From an uncultured Gemmatimonadales bacterium (GTDB lineage Bacteria; Gemmatimonadota; Gemmatimonadetes; Longimicrobiales; RSA9): a stretch of 64,000 nucleotides of DNA. The notes under the pieces were generated by a model. That model was given only the letters and a program-made list of their open reading frames with translations. It had not been told where the DNA came from and ran no database searches. The translations under genes and the position numbers were made by a program. Positions 62,892 through 64,000 of the stretch are shown here, in pieces (positions within the stretch are counted from its first letter, which is position 1; each line of letters begins with the position of its first letter). Where the stretch lies: positions 96,001 to 160,000 of the forward strand of contig CAWCUS010000002.1 of assembly GCA_963798845.1 (NCBI GenBank). Direction: 5' to 3'.

Positions 62892-63314
62892 ATGGGAAAA
62901 GAGAAGTCGCAGCGGGAACAGGAAGGGCTGGAGGGGATGGGGCTGGGACTCCGGCTCGGCATCGGCGTGGCGGTGGCCATGGGCGCCCTGGTGAGCGGCT
63001 TCCTGGTCTCCCGGCGTGGTCGTCGGCTGGTGGCCGACACGTTCCGCGGCCGGCGGCCGTCGCCGCTGGCGGACCGCGTGCTCGACCGGCTCTGGGACGA
63101 CGCGCTGCTCGGGCGCCGGCGCCTCGACGTGGACGAGCCGAGCGACGGCGTGGTGGTGATCATGGGGTCGGTCGCTTCGGACGACGAGCGACTGCGGGCG
63201 CTGGAGCTTGCGCGCGCGGTGGACGGGGTGGCGAAGGCGGAGGACCGATTGGTCCTGGATCCCACGATTCGGCGGCGTCGCGTGAAGCAGCTGTCCGGGA
63301 ACGGCCGGGGCTGA
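62892..63314 (+). CDS. BON domain protein with N-terminal TM helix
   Basis: LADRV...L..D, LDV....GVV...GSV, A..LAR.VDGV....DRL. Confidence 0.82.
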   Translation: MGKEKSQREQEGLEGMGLGLRLGIGVAVAMGALVSGFLVSRRGRRLVADTFRGRRPSPLADRVLDRLWDDALLGRRRLDVDEPSDGVVVIMGSVASDDERLRALELARAVDGVAKAEDRLVLDPTIRRRRVKQLSGNGRG

Positions 63315-63459
63315 GGGAGAGGCGGGGGAGCCGATCGATCCGGGGCTGAACGAGCCGGAGGCGTCGCAGCGGATCGGCGCACTGCAGGAGAAAACGGGTC
63401 GCAGGCGCCGCGCGTGGCCGGACTGGTCAGGCGGCCGCCCCGTCGACATCTTCGGGGGT

Positions 63460-63846
63460 ATGACCGAGCGACGGCGAGTGCCCACGGGCGCCCCGTGGGC
63501 GGAGAAGGTCGGCTACTCCCGGGCCATCCGGGTCGGTGACACCATCTACGTCTCGGGGACGGCGCCGGTGGATGCGGCCGGCGGCATCGCGTTTCCGGGG
63601 GACGTGTACGGGCAGGCCAAGCGGTGCCTGGACATCATCGTGGCGGCGCTGGGCGAAGCGGGTGCCCGACCCGAGCACGTCGTGCGCACGCGCATCTTCG
63701 TCCGTGACGCCTCGGCCTGGGAGGCCGTGGGCCGGGCGCACGGCGAGGTCCTGGGCCACGCCAGGCCCGCCACGACGCTCGTCGAGGTGAACGGCTTCAT
63801 CCATCCGGAGATCCTCGTGGAGATCGAGGCAGTCGCGGTGGTCTAG
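63460..63846 (+). CDS. RidA family protein
   Basis: WAEKVGYSRA.RVG..IYVSGT, VVRTRIFV, RPATT.V.V, LVEIEA.A. Confidence 0.92.
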   Translation: MTERRRVPTGAPWAEKVGYSRAIRVGDTIYVSGTAPVDAAGGIAFPGDVYGQAKRCLDIIVAALGEAGARPEHVVRTRIFVRDASAWEAVGRAHGEVLGHARPATTLVEVNGFIHPEILVEIEAVAVV

Positions 63847-64000
63847 CGCGCGGCCGGACGCGCGTGAGGCGTGTCCGGCATTCTTCGCGCGTGCCGCGCG
63901 CATCCCAGCACGTGCCCAGAATTATTACAGGCGTTCCTCTTTCCGGCGGGGTCCAGTCACGGCAGGAAGGGTCCGCGCGTTGTTGGGTGAGCGCGGGCGC

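Overview
Very GC-rich bacterial chromosomal window. The gene families (ECF sigma plus TPR Ser/Thr kinase, VPS10/BNR glycosyl hydrolase, TolB-like/TPR protein, beta-propeller lipoprotein) suggest Gemmatimonadota; this is an inference. Main content in order: a polysulfide/thiosulfate reductase-type operon with two YeeE/YedE transporters; mobB; a four-gene cassette (small secreted 4-Cys peptide, beta-propeller lipoprotein, ABC ATPase, permease); TPP riboswitch with thiC; mntH-usp; an alpha-dioxygenase-like heme peroxidase; an AbiEi/DUF559 gene bracketed by 140-bp direct repeats and tandem arrays; a GH2 beta-galactosidase; a TetR-TrmO fusion; a three-domain rhodanese with sufE; an M1 aminopeptidase; an SBP56 operon; ECF/kinase; terB-like gene; a ~61-bp repeat array; a MASE3 kinase; an archaeal-type HMG-CoA synthase/thiolase/DUF35 triad; tandem ZIP transporters; MarR-yceI with a shared operator; an ABC exporter; and tRNA-Pro(GGG). 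Four single-base frameshifts, all in short runs of one base, suggest long-read assembly errors. No CRISPR-Cas, integrase or transposase was seen. The best candidates for undescribed systems are the Cys-hairpin peptide cassette (4732-7326) and the repeat-bracketed DUF559 cassette (17280-19260). All family assignments come from motif recognition, not database searches.
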